From positions 6,138,001 to 6,202,000 of the forward strand of contig CATNEN010000001.1 in assembly GCA_950097015.1 (NCBI GenBank): DNA of 64,000 bases, written 5' to 3'. The position numbers and the translations under genes were made by a program. Of the stretch, positions 27,947 to 42,500 are shown piece by piece (the first letter of the stretch is position 1; every line of letters starts with the position of its first letter). The DNA comes from Macrostomum hystrix (lineage: Eukaryota; Animalia; Platyhelminthes). The notes beneath the pieces are model-generated. The model made no database searches. It saw only the letters and a program-made list of their open reading frames with translations, and was not told the origin of the DNA.

Positions 27947-30049
27947 AAGATCACCCTCGAGTAAAAGGTAGTGAAAGGGCGACCTTGCTTAGTAATTGTC
28001 TATCAACAATAGTTGGACTATTAGGGCCTATATAAGATGTAATGGAATGCACAATAATGGATAGCCCAACAAATCTAACAATCAAAGTATAGAAAAATGT
28101 AAATCTTCTCCGAAAGTGAAACTCAACTACCACTTTACAAAGAAACTAACAGTATATTTTGCCTTTAAACTGCTAGTACCTGAAAGTACAAATGCAACTA
28201 CTTTTGAGAGGATACGTACAATTACAATAAGGTAACACTATAATTTTGCCAACATTATACTATGGTTATTCCCAGAAATATTTCTATTGTTAAAAAATTG
28301 ACTACATACTGTGCACCGTGTCCAATAAATATTTTTCGCGTTAGGTCATTTCAACAATTCACAACCAGAGTCAGGAAGTTCATGCTTATTTTTAGCTTTA
28401 TTAACTGCATGAGCAATTTATTTTAATTGTCTAGTTTTTGGTAAATTCACTTAGGACTTTGATTTATTTTGATCAAGGTGTGTGTCGTTTTCTTTCGCAC
28501 CATCAAAATATCAATATCTATAGCCAATCTTCAGTGCATGTTTTTGCTGCAGAGCTTAAATGATGGACTCCACTTACTTATCGGGCTCCAAATACGCATG
28601 TAGGTCCTACGTTCTTACAATTTTGCAAAAATTAAACGAGGTTTCATTTTTATCATAGATATAACATGCACTGAGGCAAAATAAGCAAAAAAAGTAAAGC
28701 TCAAAGTCTCCCTTTGCCCCCCGCCGCCCTGGAGCTGATTAAACGTCCATCAGCAGGACATCTAGCAGCGGTTGTCGGCAGCTCTCAGCGCTGCTGATGT
28801 GCCCATGCAGCGAGGGCCAGCCTCTTGTCGGGGTGCTGCTCGCTGGGTGGCCATCGACGACCCTCGGTTTGTCATGGTGACGGCAGATGCGGCTTCACCA
28901 GATGTGTAAATTGATACAGGATGCAGGTGACAATGCAATTGATCCTCGTTTTATTATGGAGGCCATTGTACGAGCCAGAATGTATTAGTATTAATTGTAA
29001 GCTGAAATTCCCGAGCATCACGCCTTATTTGTATCTATTGTTTTGTAGATAAATGTAAATAATTAACCCTAAACCCAAACTGAAACAGTGCCTTGACTTG
29101 CAAATTTAACGTTTCAATTGTAAAATACTCAAATTTTTAGTTGCCTTTCAATCGTAAATCTCACTTGCTTAATTGTTTAGTTTTAAGAGAATAATATTTT
29201 AAAATGTGAAAAAAACTGGGTGCGTTGTTTGTGTTCCTAGAGTTTAATTGACGGCTGAACACATATAGGGTGGACCCTAAAAGGGCCGTTTTATTACATG
29301 GTACCGTTGTAACACTACGCCTATATGCATGCATCTTTTAGTAGCAGAAAATAAACATGAATCATTTTAAATGGTTTATCACAATTATTTATATTTATTT
29401 TAGCTAAATTAAACTAAAGTACGTATCTTTTTGCTCGCTGTATTGTAAAACGTACAGTTGGACTTTGTATTGTCGAAAGACTTCGACATTTGTTTCAAAC
29501 TTACGCAGCTCTGAATCGCTTCCAGCTGGGAAAATAGTACTTTTTCCTCTGCATAATTATTCGATGAAAGCCATTATGAAGACCAATGAGGAATGAGTTC
29601 TAATATATCTAAACGATATTGCGTAAACCAACAGAAGAACAATAAGTAGAAAATAGATAAGAGTATATTTAATTGCCTAGAAATGGCAATTAAAATTGCC
29701 GGAGGGTCTGGAGACTTGGTTTAAAGGTGATGCACACAAAAAGACATGCGATCTGCACATGAATGAATGCTGCAATGTTCATGGCCTCCATAAGAAATAT
29801 TTTTGGTTTATCGATTAAAATAGTTTAGCAAAATGGCCTCGACTTAATTAAACCTGCTAATTACTCGAGTGTCCGTATTGAAGTGAACATTAGAGCACTG
29901 CAGTGTCCTACGAAAAAGCACCAATTAGCACCTGCACTCATGATTGGGGAACGTTGCGGTGTACAAAGCTAATCAATTATTTTTGAGACGAAACTTTTTT
30001 ATTCGTTTTTCAGCATCGTAGCACTACTCCTTGGCATCTGACACTCTGA

Positions 30050-30390
30050 ACGATCTGTACCAAAAAATATTCAATAGATCAACCTGTTAATATTTAGGAT
30101 CTGTACGAGTTAATCTTCATGATTTGTACATGCAGTTAATCTTCAGGCTTTGTACCTGTTAATATTCAGGATTTGTACTTGCTATTCTAAAAATCTGTAC
30201 GTGTTAATCCTTCTAATCTGCACATTTAATCTTTAGGATTTGTACATGGTATTCATTAGGACATGTACGTGTTAATCTCTAGGATCTGTACGTGTTAACC
30301 TTTAGAATCTGTACATGTTAACTTCGGTATCTGTACATCTGAATCTTTAGGACCTACGAGTTAATCTTTTCCAAGGACCTGTACTTGTGA
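30050..30390. repeat. Old degenerate minisatellite of about 22 bp (GTTAATCTTTAGGATCTGTACAT-like)
   Basis: Recurring TGTAC..GTTAATC units. Confidence 0.75.
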
Positions 30391-30649
30391 ATGCTTTATC
30401 TTAATTCCAGTTGCTAGTATTAAAATCGATATATGGTGTGTCACATGTACGTATGTCATTGTTAAATATACATGTATAATATGAACCCTTAAATATTTCA
30501 TATATAATTTGCATCCTACTACCGAAATTTTTGCAAAATTGATACTGATTAGGTTCCGCTGCCGAGTCCTTTTTTGGGAATTTGATCAATGAACAGTTTT
30601 AAGTATAAAAAATTCTTTACTTCATGCGACATAAAAACCATGTTAAAAA

Positions 30650-30850
30650 ACCAATGTGACGTAATGCAGCTCTGGATTGGTGAGTGCCTGCCAACCAATG
30701 GCAGAGAGAGGAAAGGACGAAATAAAGGAATGATCTGTTTGGGGTAGCGGGCGGAATGTACATTCCTGCGGTGGCGACCCCACCCCTATTCTACTCTCTG
30801 ATTTAGATAAAGAAAATGGTGCACACTTGTTTAAGAGGTGCTATATAAAT
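30650..30850 (+). promoter_or_regulatory. Candidate T-box gene promoter (CCAAT boxes, TATA box)
   Basis: CCAAT/ATTGG near 30651, 30677 and 30696; CTATATAAAT at 30841-30850, about 110 bp before the ATG. Confidence 0.5.
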
Positions 30851-30960
30851 TTCTCAATATTTTAAGATAAACTAGGTGTCTAATCATAAATCAACCGCCA
30901 AACACTGTCTGTACTGCTGCTGCAGTTAAAAGGGAAAATATCAAAGGCACCAACTGAACA

Positions 30961-33900
30961 ATGGAACAATTGGTTTCAAAACCAGTTAATTATTTCAATG
31001 CCTCGGATAATGATGGAATCGATCTATCGCAGTCGCAGGCGCAGGTAGTTGTTGCAAAAACATCAAAAACGCCGCCTAATTTGACGGAGCATCGTCTGGT
31101 GACTGAGGCACCATCTGGAGAGGAGGTAGGAGAATTTTTTCTACAGTTTCCTAGAGTTTTAAGGGCCAAGCTGACTTACCTGTACATTCTGTAGGCTAAG
31201 CTGACTTACCTTAATTAAACCTTAATACATATTGAGTGTTGTAATTTCACCTGATAATTTATTTACTACGAGTGATCCGAATATCCAATCCGCTTTAACA
31301 GGTGCACGTATCCCTTAGCAACGCGTCCACCTGGCGCAAGTTCAGTCGTCAGAACACGGAGATGATTGTCACGAAGGTTGGCAGGCGAATGTTTCCCAGT
31401 CTCAGTCTGGACATTCGTGGCTTGAATCCGGCGAAGACATACGAGGTGTACGTCACGCTGATGCTAGCTGACCGGCACACGCTGAAGTACCAGCGAGGAG
31501 TTTGGCTGGCCAATGGTCAGGCCGAGATTTATCCACCGGCTGGATGTACAGGTGAGAGAAAGATCATGTAGTTTAAGTTTTAACTGATAGTTTAGTTTTT
31601 ACCTGTTAGGTAAATTTTCACATCGAAGTCAAGTTTTACCAATTAATTAACGTTTCACTTTTTAGTAAAGCTTGTATTAATTTGGATTGTTACTTAGGAA
31701 TAGTTAGATATAAGGTTTGCGTGGTTTGTGATGGTAGTTAATGATTAGTTAGTTTTAGTTAACCAGTTAGTTAAGGACTCTGTGAGAATTCCTTTCCGAT
31801 TGAGAAAGATACCTAATAGACAAGGACGATACCTGTTAGACAAGGACGATACCTATTAGACAAGGACGATACCTGTTAGACAAGGACGATACCTATTAGA
31901 CAAGGACGATACCTGTTAGACAAGAAAGATACCTGTTAGACAAGGACGATAACTGTTAGACAAGGACGATACCTGTTAGACAAAGAGCATTCCTGTTAGA
32001 CAAAGAGCATTCCTGTTAGACAAGGACGATACCAGTTAGACAAGGACGATGCCTGTTAGACAAGGACGATACCTGTTAGACAAAGAGCATACCTGTTAGA
32101 CAAGGACGATGCCTGTTAGACAAGGACGATACCTGTTAGACAAAGAGCATACCTGTTAGACAAGGACGATACCTGTTTGACAAGGACGATAACTGTTAGA
32201 CAAAGAGGATATCAGTTGCACAAGGACGGTAACTGTTAGACAAGGACTATACCTGTTAGACAAACACGATACCTGTTAGACAAAGACGATACCTGTTAGA
32301 CAAGGACGATAACTGTTAGACAAAGAGGATTACCTGTTAGACAAGGTAATGTCTATGCCTTGGGGGTTAGCCCCCAAGTGGTGCGCACGGCAACTTGATG
32401 CAGCTGTCTAACCTTGATGCAGCTGTTAGACACCTTGATGCAGCTGTTAGATATAAAGAATTATATCTTTCGCACAGGACGATACCTTTTAGTCATGTGC
32501 GATAACTATTAGACAAGGATGGTACTTGTTTTAGAAAAAATGTATTTTGTTAACGACAGTTTCCTTAGAAAAAGAAAAAGTTTGTTAGACATTGTGGTGT
32601 TGTTTGTCTAGACAGATACACTTAAAAGTTTTTGTTACCAGTTAAACTGGAGCACTGTCGTTTCTTAATGGTTTTCATATCTCCTTGCGGCGCACTCTTG
32701 CTTTGAAGATCAAGGATTCTTGATAACTGATTATATTTCCATCTGTAAACTATTCCAGCCGGCCTGACCTACGTTCACCCGGATTCACCTGCACCTGGGA
32801 AACACTGGCTACGTCAGGAGGTATCCTTCATGCGACTGAAGCTCACCAACAAGCTAGACTGCTTCGCCAATGAGCCATCTCGCAATGGCAGCATGATATT
32901 TGCCTATAGTATGCACAAGTACTTACCTGTTGTGCATATCCGCGAGCTGACTGAGAAAAAAGGTAACAAACAGTTGGACATTGTTACCTAATTAAATCGG
33001 GCACAGTGACAAGCGTAGGGCACCCTGTGTAGTAAATACTACAGTACATGGACCGCTTTCAAAGTAATTCTATGTGCCATACCCTGAAATTTCATGAGCA
33101 ACTGTAAACGATTAAAGATTGAAGACTAACCTTAGCCTCTTAAATGGCATTTGCAGGCACAGGATTCTACACAGCAACTACATTTCCTGGCACCGAGTTC
33201 ATCACAGTGACAGCCTATCAGAATCCCGAGCTCACGGACCTGAAGATACAGTTTAATCCCTACGCTAAAGGGATTCGCAACCAGGGCGATCGGTTAGCAC
33301 CTGTACTGATTGACAGCTTCCAGCCAACTGTGCAAGCACTGCAGCAGCAGCAGCAGCAGCAGCAGCAACCGAACCAGAGTCAGAAGCAGGTGAAACCGGA
33401 GCGTCAAACGAAGCTTCAGCGCGGTTCTCAGCTACCTATCAAGTAAATTGGTAGCTTCTGTGGGCACTCGGGTATTTTTTAGTGATAGTCGACCCGAAGC
33501 TAGCGAGACACACGGATACCGTACACAGGCTCCACACATAGGTTTATAATTCTGGCCTGATTTTGTCATCGTCAGGCAGTGTACACTTCCACTGTTCCTT
33601 GGAGTCTGGCCTCCAAGCACTCTTGAAGTGACTGCTCAAAATGAATGTGGCCTCGCCGCGGAATCGAGCTCATTGACCTTTTTTCAAGAGGCAAACGTGT
33701 TAAACCGCTCTGCCACTTAACTGTTTTTGATTAGAGCGTTATTGTCTAAGACCTATATTAGCTTTTCATAAGTCCGGTGGATTAATTAGTATCGTGTCGT
33801 ACTTCGCAATCTCCTTCCCAGACCTCCGTCACCGGTGCAGTTTGGCTGCTACTCGAACCAACGTGACACATCCTACGGACGCTGGTCCACTGACCAGAAC

Positions 33901-34404
33901 CCAGTCGACAGCGCAGCATCAGCCGCATTATCGCATCGATATCAGCCCTACAATCTCACCGCCTGCCATACTCCAGCCAATGCCAACATCTCTGCGGTTG
34001 AGTCCTCTGAGTCACCGGCTCCTTCGCTGCCACAGTTTCCACCAGCTGCTACGGACAGTCACAGCTTGCTATCCAACATTGAACTGTCTGCAACAAAAGA
34101 AGAGGCTTATCCGCCTGCTCAAATCTCGGCCTACAATCCCACCTACTATTGGTACCTGCCGCATAGCAACACGCCTAATCAGCAGCATTATTATCAGCAG
34201 TATCAGCAGGTCTATCAGCAATACTACCCTAGCTATTACTTTCCGCAACAGCAGCAGCAGCAGACAGTCGACATACCGCAGCTCAACCTGCAAGAACACG
34301 AGACGCCTCAAGCCACACCTCTGAGTGCTCCACTGTGCTCAAGCATGCTAATTAACGGAGTGGACTCCAGTCCCTCGGGTGTGAGCTTTGAGCACGCCGA
34401 TTGA
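30961..34404 (+). CDS. T-box transcription factor, most similar to the Eomes/Tbr1 subfamily, 5 coding exons
   Basis: Exons 30961-31125, 31302-31551, 32759-32962, 33157-33442, 33822-34404 with consistent phases. [59 protein letters not shown]...LKI..NPYAKG; Q/Y/P-rich C-terminus. Confidence 0.92.
31808..32345. repeat. 20-bp minisatellite (ACCTGTTAGACAAGGACGAT)n, T-box intron 2
   Basis: Tandem periodicity. Confidence 0.95.
33470..33716 (-). mobile_element. tRNA-derived SINE, family 1 copy (diverged) in T-box intron 4
   Basis: Reverse complement contains TGGCAGAGCGG, GAGCTCGATTCCGCGGCGAGGCCACATTC and GTGTACACTGCCTGACGATG. Confidence 0.8.
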
Positions 34405-35264
34405 GAAGGAATGTACGACGGTGACTATTTTTTTTATCAAGGTCTGTTTTATTGGGATATTTTTTATATCTTTGTTGAGCCATTTTTTATTGAGTAGCAA
34501 TGAGCACAGTTGAACTCATTCGGGTTGTTGTGTCTGCTCAGCAGAGAAAACTAGAGGCACTGTTTTAATCAGAGATACTTTCCTTAGTTATATATCTTTT
34601 ATCATTTGTTAAACTTCGTGTGCCATGATAATATAATATATATGCTGCTTTGTTAGTTTTATATTTTTCGAGGCATACTATTTTGTGTACTTAATATCAT
34701 TTTATGCACATCGTGTGATTGATTGCCACCCCAATCGGGTTGTCACAAACATCAAGGTTAAAAATGGATTTTGTATTTTTCTCGCGGATAATAATATTCT
34801 TTTACATTTTTTTATAAAATGATGCAATGCGAAGTTGCTGAATTTGTTGAATTTGTTAAAGTCTTTGTCATCTACTTTGCATCGCTCTAGTTTTATATTG
34901 TTATTGTGCTAACTTTGTTGAAAAAGCAAAAAGCAGCCCATATTCGTTCACTTCTACTCACAGTAGCTTAATGATCGCTCGCTGGATTGTCCGAAACGAA
35001 ATAAAACGAATTTTGGGCACTTGCTAAAAATCTTCGCCTAACATTTAGTAAAACTCATTTGAAAGAAGATTGTCATTAAATTTTTTTTAATTACACATAC
35101 TTACCTTTCAGGTGAATTGAGCAACAGAAAAACTTCTTCTGAAAGTAGCAAATCTAGAAAATTGCTATAAAATATTTGAATGCAGAAAACTTCGCTTTAA
35201 AAATTGGTGATTTAACCAAGTTTGATTAACTCATGTTGTTCATTTTATTATGCATTCTATTCTA

Positions 35265-35830
35265 TGTTAGACACCTTGATGCAGCTGTTAGACACTTTGA
35301 TGCAGCTGTTAGACACCTTGATGCAGCTGTTAGACACCTTGATGCAGCTGTTAGACACTTTGATGCAGCTGTTAGGCAGTTTAATGCAGCTGTCAGACAC
35401 CTTAATGCAGCTGTCAGACACTTTGATCCAGCTGTTAGGCAGTTTGATGCAGCTGTTAGACACCTTGATGCAGCTGTCAGACACTTTGATCCAGCTGTTA
35501 GGCAGTTTGATGCAGCTGTTAGACACCTTGATGCAGCTGTTAGACACCTTGATGCAGCTGTTAGGCAGTTTGATGCAGCTGTCAGACACTTTGATGCAGC
35601 TGTTAGACACCTTGATGCAGCTGTTAGGCAGTTTGATGCAGCTGTTAGACAGTTTGATGCAGCTGTTAGACACATTGATGCAGCTGTTAGGCAGTTTGAT
35701 GCAGCTGTCAGACACTTTGATGCAGCTGTTAGACACCTTGATGCAGCTGTTAGACAGTTTGATGCAGCTGTTAGACACCTTGATGCAGCTGTTAGACAGT
35801 TTGATGCAGCTGTTAGGCAGCTTGTTAGAC
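35265..35830. repeat. 21-bp minisatellite (GATGCAGCTGTTAGACACCTT)n, about 27 copies, intergenic
   Basis: Tandem periodicity; about 3 stray units also at 32395-32450. Confidence 0.96.
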
Positions 35831-36269
35831 AAATAATAAGTTTTAGATCTAACACAATTTTGTTCACTGAATGCAAATTCGAATGAATTCGTTTTAATAA
35901 TTAATGCATCGTGTTTTTTCAGTTTGACGTTAATTAGGACGCAATATTCATTGGTAGTTGTATGTGCTTATTTAATTCTACAGTTTGTTGACACACAAGC
36001 AACTGTATACGATATTAAATCACTATTATAAAACTCATTCCACTACAACGATTTTGTGTTTACTGTCATGTGACATAGTTCAATTTTGTTTATTTGATAC
36101 AAGATACTTCTTATTCTGCGAGTCAGGTCCGATTTCATGTAAAAGTGAAAAAGTACTTTTTATGTAAAAAATTAAGTTTCAAATTTATGAAGAACGACTT
36201 TACAGTTTTTTAATAGGGAAGGTTGGTCTTAGTGTTGTTGATAGTATGTGTTACTTAGCGTTGCTTTGT

Positions 36270-36282
36270 GTTGCCTAGCAAC
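36270..36282. promoter_or_regulatory. RFX X-box GTTGCCTAGCAAC
   Basis: Matches the X-box consensus GTNRCC(N0-3)RGYAAC; TATAAAA follows near 36602. Confidence 0.6.
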
Positions 36283-36709
36283 CACTTATAGATCGGACTG
36301 TGCCTAGGTCATGTCAGGTGCATGTATTAGCCTCTGCATTGAAATTAATTAATACGAGGCTCCTTTGCTCAGGGCCCGACAAATCGCAGGAGAAGTCACA
36401 GAAAGAGTTCAATTTCGCCAAATAGAATAGTGAGTTGCAGACTACAAAATTAACTGCCGACACTTGCGTTTCGCTAACTGAAGCTCTCCAGTAGCTATTA
36501 GCTTTGAGGTGGTGTGTGTGCGTGTGTGCGTGTGTGTGATTGTGCGAACACTATAGCTAACAAACAACTGCATGGTCAGTGAGATTTGAATACAATTTTC
36601 TTATAAAAGCCCGACTACAAGCAAAGTGCGGCCAAGTGGCTACTAGGGTTTTGGAGTACCTTTAATCCTACTTTACCTTAACTCTCTAATAGTTAATCTC
36701 TGACTATTA

Positions 36710-39043
36710 ATGATCAGATTCAGAACGGATTATCGCCTTGACGCTGGATCTGAAGGTCTGGATGTAATCAACGAAAATTCGTCATGTGTGACAAGTAAGT
36801 CAAGTATCTGGGACTTAGGAGTCGGATGAAAAACTACGTTTCTTAGAAAAGTGAAACAGGGGGCTGTTTATTCTCGATTTTTTTCTGCGCAAATTTATTG
36901 ACGGTGTTTTGTTGGTGGTGGATCTAAGGCTCATCTTTTGGTTTTTATTAATTAATTATTATATTAATGAAGCAATATGGATTCGTATTGAGGTTTATGT
37001 CCTTGTCACCATGGTTTTTCACGATTAAGAATCGAGTTAAATATCTTGACGATGCTGACATCGGACGGCTTTGAATGTTGTTCATCGGAAAATTTCGAAC
37101 CATACGTTGGACTTTCACAAAGATCGGTCATTCGGTCTGGGAGCTATCTTGAAGTTGGCAGTGGGTATTTGAAATCCCCGGTGCTCTTTCCCCTGTTTAG
37201 CTCCTGAAACAACAAAACCACTTGGAAACTAGCTTTTTTCTCCATTCTCTGATCGGTGATCGTGTATTTTTATTAATTTATAAACGTATTACATTTTTCG
37301 GCAAAAACCTGTCTCCGAAACGTTTTCTGTGGTCCTAGGAGTCGCAGCTTTTGCCTGGTACTTCCAAAGTCTGTGGACAGCTAGCTGTTCAGTCCATGGA
37401 CAGGGGAGGTCGGCTGGCACACGCACATGGGCACACGTTTTTCATATTGAGCTGAGATCGTACCACCCGAACTGTCGTTCAATAGGCTAATAAAAATATG
37501 ATTCGAAATAAGATGACATTTGGTACTTTTCATAACATAGATAGATCACTGTCTTCGCGTTTGCACCTGTCATAGCTCAAGCATGCACATATTCTCATTA
37601 TATTAATCCGTGTTCGTCCTTTTTCATCAAGAAAACAGCACTAGTCACGGTTAACCAGAGACAGTGGGCGGAGCAGGCATTGTGAAATGAGCTCAGAACT
37701 AGGAGAGACAATTCTTCCGCAGTGCATGCGCCTTATCGCGCTGATACTTCGTACTACCTGCCTTCTGCCTATGCCCAGAAACAAACTGGTGGGAGATTCG
37801 CAAACATTGTAGAGGAAGGGAGAGAAACAGGAAGAGGACGCAAGTAGTTTCTTGGTCTTATTGCTCGTTTCTTATCTGTTGCCATGGAAACCAAGCCAAA
37901 ACAGCAACGCGGGCACGCTGCTCGATATGAACTAATACCCTGAACGCACTCTCCCACTTATACAGGCTTAGAGGGAACAGCCGGGCATAGTTTGAAAAAA
38001 CATGTTTTTGCTGAAGCGCTGACCGCAAACAAAACTGCTATTCCTTGAGCATAGCACTCGAACCTGAACGCTTCAATCAATTGATCCCTAATCCCCAAGT
38101 TCCAGGTGGAAAGCTCGAGTCATGTAATAATGAAATTCGTTTCACATCCACAATGAGAAAGTGCGTTTCTGAGCAGGTGTGCTCAAGGGTCAGTAGAATG
38201 AGCTCAATTGCTGCCTCGCTGGCTGCGGGAAAATAATGATTATTATTACAGCTATAATTAATTCTCAACTTCAAATATAGTCGCATTTCGCTCTCTTCGT
38301 TCTCTTGTTCTTATATGTGCTCACGAGGGGTTTTACTATAGCAAATATGATTAAACTTTATAAGCACGCAGTGTCCTGCACGAGCATTAATATAGTTCCT
38401 TACCTGTGTGCGATCAAGCTTGGCTTATTCCAAGCTTGGTATCGATTTTTCTTTGAAATCTTGAGTCTAAATCTCAAAGATCTTTTCTCATGTCGGAAGC
38501 ATTTGCCATGTGACTTCTGCTCCTTAGACCGGCCGAAACACGAGGACACCCACCCCTAACTCAGTTGGTCTCAGCAAATGGCGAGAATCCCAAACTAACC
38601 CCCGCCTACCCTCTGAGACCACCTCAAACTGCTGCTTATACTGCTACTCAAACTCTGGAATCCCTATCTATCTATCCACTGGACTTGTCTAAGCTAAGCA
38701 GTCTCTTGAGACGGAGTCGAAATCGGAAGTCATCATCTAAAAAAGGTGGGCAAGAATCATACTTAATACCCAATGTATATAAATGTCGCGCCTAGGTAGA
38801 AACATAGGCTAGATGTTCCTTCCAAGCCAATTAGCCAGGTAAATTAGAAGATTGAACATTTGCATCAGTTACTCGTAGGAATGAAGAAGTGCAAGTTGAA
38901 AAAAGCTTATCCCATATAAGTAAAAACACTGAACAGAATTGATTGCTAAATTTCTTTCCCAAACCGTAGCACCGCATCCGCCAAAGCTCAGTTCTCGGTC
39001 GCCCTGTCGGCATAGCCAACGGAATTACCAACGCAGACAACAA

Positions 39044-39083
<40 letters not shown>

Positions 39084-39558
39084 GCCAACAAAGGCAGGGT
39101 TCCTGTCGCACTATTTGGCCATTCGGTTCACCAATAGAGGATCAAGTAGCGGAAGAATTCGATGAAGAGTCCAATTTAACAGAAGAAGACGCGGTCGAAG
39201 AACTCATCAGTAACAATAACAGTGCAGGCAACAATGTTCTCCTGCCAAGACCGCCTCCTTGCATCAGGCGCACTCGCAGCTTGATGATGGAACAACAGCA
39301 TCTTTCGCAGCCTCCGTCGCCTCAGTCGCTGAGACCGTCGACAACCTCGCCGACGCCTCCGCAGTTAAGATTGAAACGTAGCGGCAGCGGTGGCAGCGGC
39401 TCAGCCGTCCGAGGTCTCACAGTGGGTATCGCCACTCTGCCAGTGGGACGGGCCGTGAGCAGCGATAATTTGGTGGGATTCGCGGCTAACGCAGATCTGA
39501 GCAGTCTGGCTTCGCTGGTGCAGCGAAAACGTCAGCAGCCGCAGCCGCAGTCGCAGCC

Positions 39559-39590
<32 letters not shown>

Positions 39591-42500
39591 CGGCCCTGTT
39601 CATCGTCTCCGCCTCTTTGGACCAGGAAACTCTAGCAGCTTCGATTGACGACGGTCTCGATTCGCAGGATATTCCACAGCCCCAGATGCTGCAGCAAGCG
39701 TCGCAACAGATGCAAGCCACTCAAGTTGACGCAGATCCAAGTTCTAATAGAACAGGCATCAGTAGCCTAGAAGTACTCATGATGGTAAGTAAATAGCGAT
39801 TGGGCTTGGTGATTTTATCAATGTTTGAGCAAAATGCTTGGACATGAGGCGCAACTTGTAGATTGCCTAGGGTTGAAAGAGGCAGCATCTGTTGTAAATA
39901 ATTTATAGGGTAATATTTATCAGTCAGCACATGGTCCGGTAGGTGCTTAAGTCTTAAGTCGTCAAGGCTCCGTGTGAGGTGGGTTTTCGAGTCTAGTGTT
40001 GAGAGAGGCACGGTGTGAGGTTGGCATTTAGTCTAGAGTCGAAAGACGCACGGTGTGGGGTGGGTGTTTAGTCTAAGGCTAAGAGAGGCACGGTATGAGG
40101 TGGGTGTTTAGTCTAGGGTTGAGAGAAGCGCGGTGTGGGTTGGGTGTTTAGTCTAGGGTTAAGAGAGGCACGGTGTGAGGTGGGTGTTTAGTCTAGGGTT
40201 GAGAGAAGCGCGGTGTGGGTTGGGTGTTTAGTCTAGGGTTAAGAGAGGCACGGTGTGAGGTGGGTGTTTAGTCTAGGTTGAGAGAAGCGCGGTGTGGGTT
40301 GGGTGCTTAGTCTAGGGTTAAGAGAGGCACAGTGTGAGGTGGGTGTTTTGTTTACGGTTGTGGTGGCCCCGTTTGAGGTGGGTGTATAGTCTAGGGTTGA
40401 GATTGGCATGGTTTGGGGTTTGGGGTGTGTTTTTGTCTTGAGAGATGCGTCGTTTAGGACAGATGTTTTATTGTTAAGTTTAAAAAGGCTAAGTTGATAG
40501 AATTTAAAATGAGCATTGGTTGTCTATAAGAGGAAGCAATTAATCTTGGGAACGTAAAGTCCCTAGAGCTAAAAATGCACGTTCCTGAAACAGCCGTATA
40601 AATGCCATGCGTTTCAAATTGATCGGATAGCTATGCTTACATAATTAGTTCGGGGAGATAATTTTTCTCTGACAGCAACTTGAAGTAATTAATTTATTAC
40701 TTCGCTAAAAGCGTGTTTTGGGTGTCAGCCAGTCAAATATGTGGACCAAAAGTGCCATGCGATGCATAATATACAGACCAGACTCCGTCCGTTACTTTGC
40801 CAACACAATTTTCCGAAGCAAATAGAAGGTCTGCGATGGTAGAGACCAACGAAGAGAAAGAGAGAGAGAAAGGTAGAGAGAGAAGTGAAGGTAGCGAGCC
40901 ATTGAGCACTGAGGCGGGAGTAATTGAGGCTCACGTGAGCTATTTCCCAAGCGGGTCATCTCCACGAGATCCCTCTCTGTCCCAGGTAAGCTTGGATTGC
41001 GTGCAATGCGCCACTGAGCAACCCTTCATGAAATATTCAGCATCGGTCAGGAGCCTCAACAAGCTGCAGAGCTCGAGGCGAAGTGCTTGGAATAAAGAAT
41101 TTCAGAGTAGCCCGATGACAGACGGTTATAGACTTGAGTATAGACTCAAAGTATAGTTGCAGTCGATTGTGCTGCTTACAAATGAAGCCGATAAAATTCA
41201 GAACACATTACATTCCCGAATGCTTTAAGGCAATAATAAACTGAGGCCAAACATCTTTGTAATAAGGTCTAGCTAAACTAGCTATCGTTATACCATTCAA
41301 TACCGCAGAAAATTCTCGGGATACTGAAACAAATTGACGACTACCATCCTGAAACCTTAAAGTACATTCACAACTACCATCCCAGGATCCTTCAGTACAT
41401 TGACGACTACCATCCCTGAATCCTTCAGTATACTGACGACTACCAAGCCTGAATCCTTCAGTATACTGACGACTATCATCCCTGAATCCTTCAGTATACT
41501 GACGACTACCATCCCTGAATCCTTCAGTATACTGACGACTACCATCCCTGAATCCTTCAGTATACTGACGACTACCATCCCTGAATCCTTCAGGACATTG
41601 ACGACATTATCCCAGAATCCTTCAGTACATTGACGACAACCATCCCAGAATCCCTCTGTACATTGATGACTACCATCCTGAAATCCTTCATTACATTGAT
41701 GACTACCATCCTGAAATCCCTCAGTACATTGATGACTACCATCCTGAAATCCCTCAGTACATTGATGACTACAATCCAAGGATGTTTTATTAAACTAATG
41801 ACTATCCTAGAATCGTCCAGTACATTGGCTTCACCCCTCTAATGTTCTTAATTTCTTCCAGCCACAGTTAAAGCCTAAAGCACAACGCAAGCACACACAG
41901 TATCGCGAATCTAAGCTCTAAACTTAACATTTAATACGAGCTATTAGCTCCACCTTTCAAGTATTCCGAATCACCGTAGGGGATTTTAAAGGTCGTTTAA
42001 AGGTCGTTTAAAGGTCGTTTTCACCTAAGGGCAGGCAGAATTTCGTGTGAAAATAAGAGAAAGTTATCTAATTACTGAGGTGACACTTCATTACGATCTA
42101 AATTGTGCTTTGTTGTGTTTCTGTGTAACCCTTGGGGTATTAAAAAGTGAGTACAAGTAAACTACGCCACATTTAAATCCTAGTGTTCCATGTATAATTG
42201 CCATTGCCTTCTAAGATCAGTTTCATACACAGCTTCTACTAACCTCAGAGTTATCAGAAGAAGCAACTCTGTTTATGCAATCGAGATAAGGATTTTCGTT
42301 CAAAGAAGAAGAGAAAATTAAAGCCTTTGTGTGGATAGATTTCTCTTTAGTTTTGGGCCACACCCAAAATGCGACTTTAGTATTTAAGCAATGACCTCAA
42401 GGTGCACGATAATGACGGCTCGACTAGTTCATTGGCAATATCGAGGTTATTGTTTAACAGCATCTTTGACTGATAAATGATAGATTTCTTTGCTGATGTT

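Noticed and set aside
13766-35886. Other periodic ORFs ([32 protein letters not shown] etc.)
   Set aside because: All coincide exactly with tandem arrays.
41335-41825. CTGACGA/TTGATGA...GAAA words in the 33-bp repeat as a tandem hammerhead
   Set aside because: No stem II or stem III pairing.
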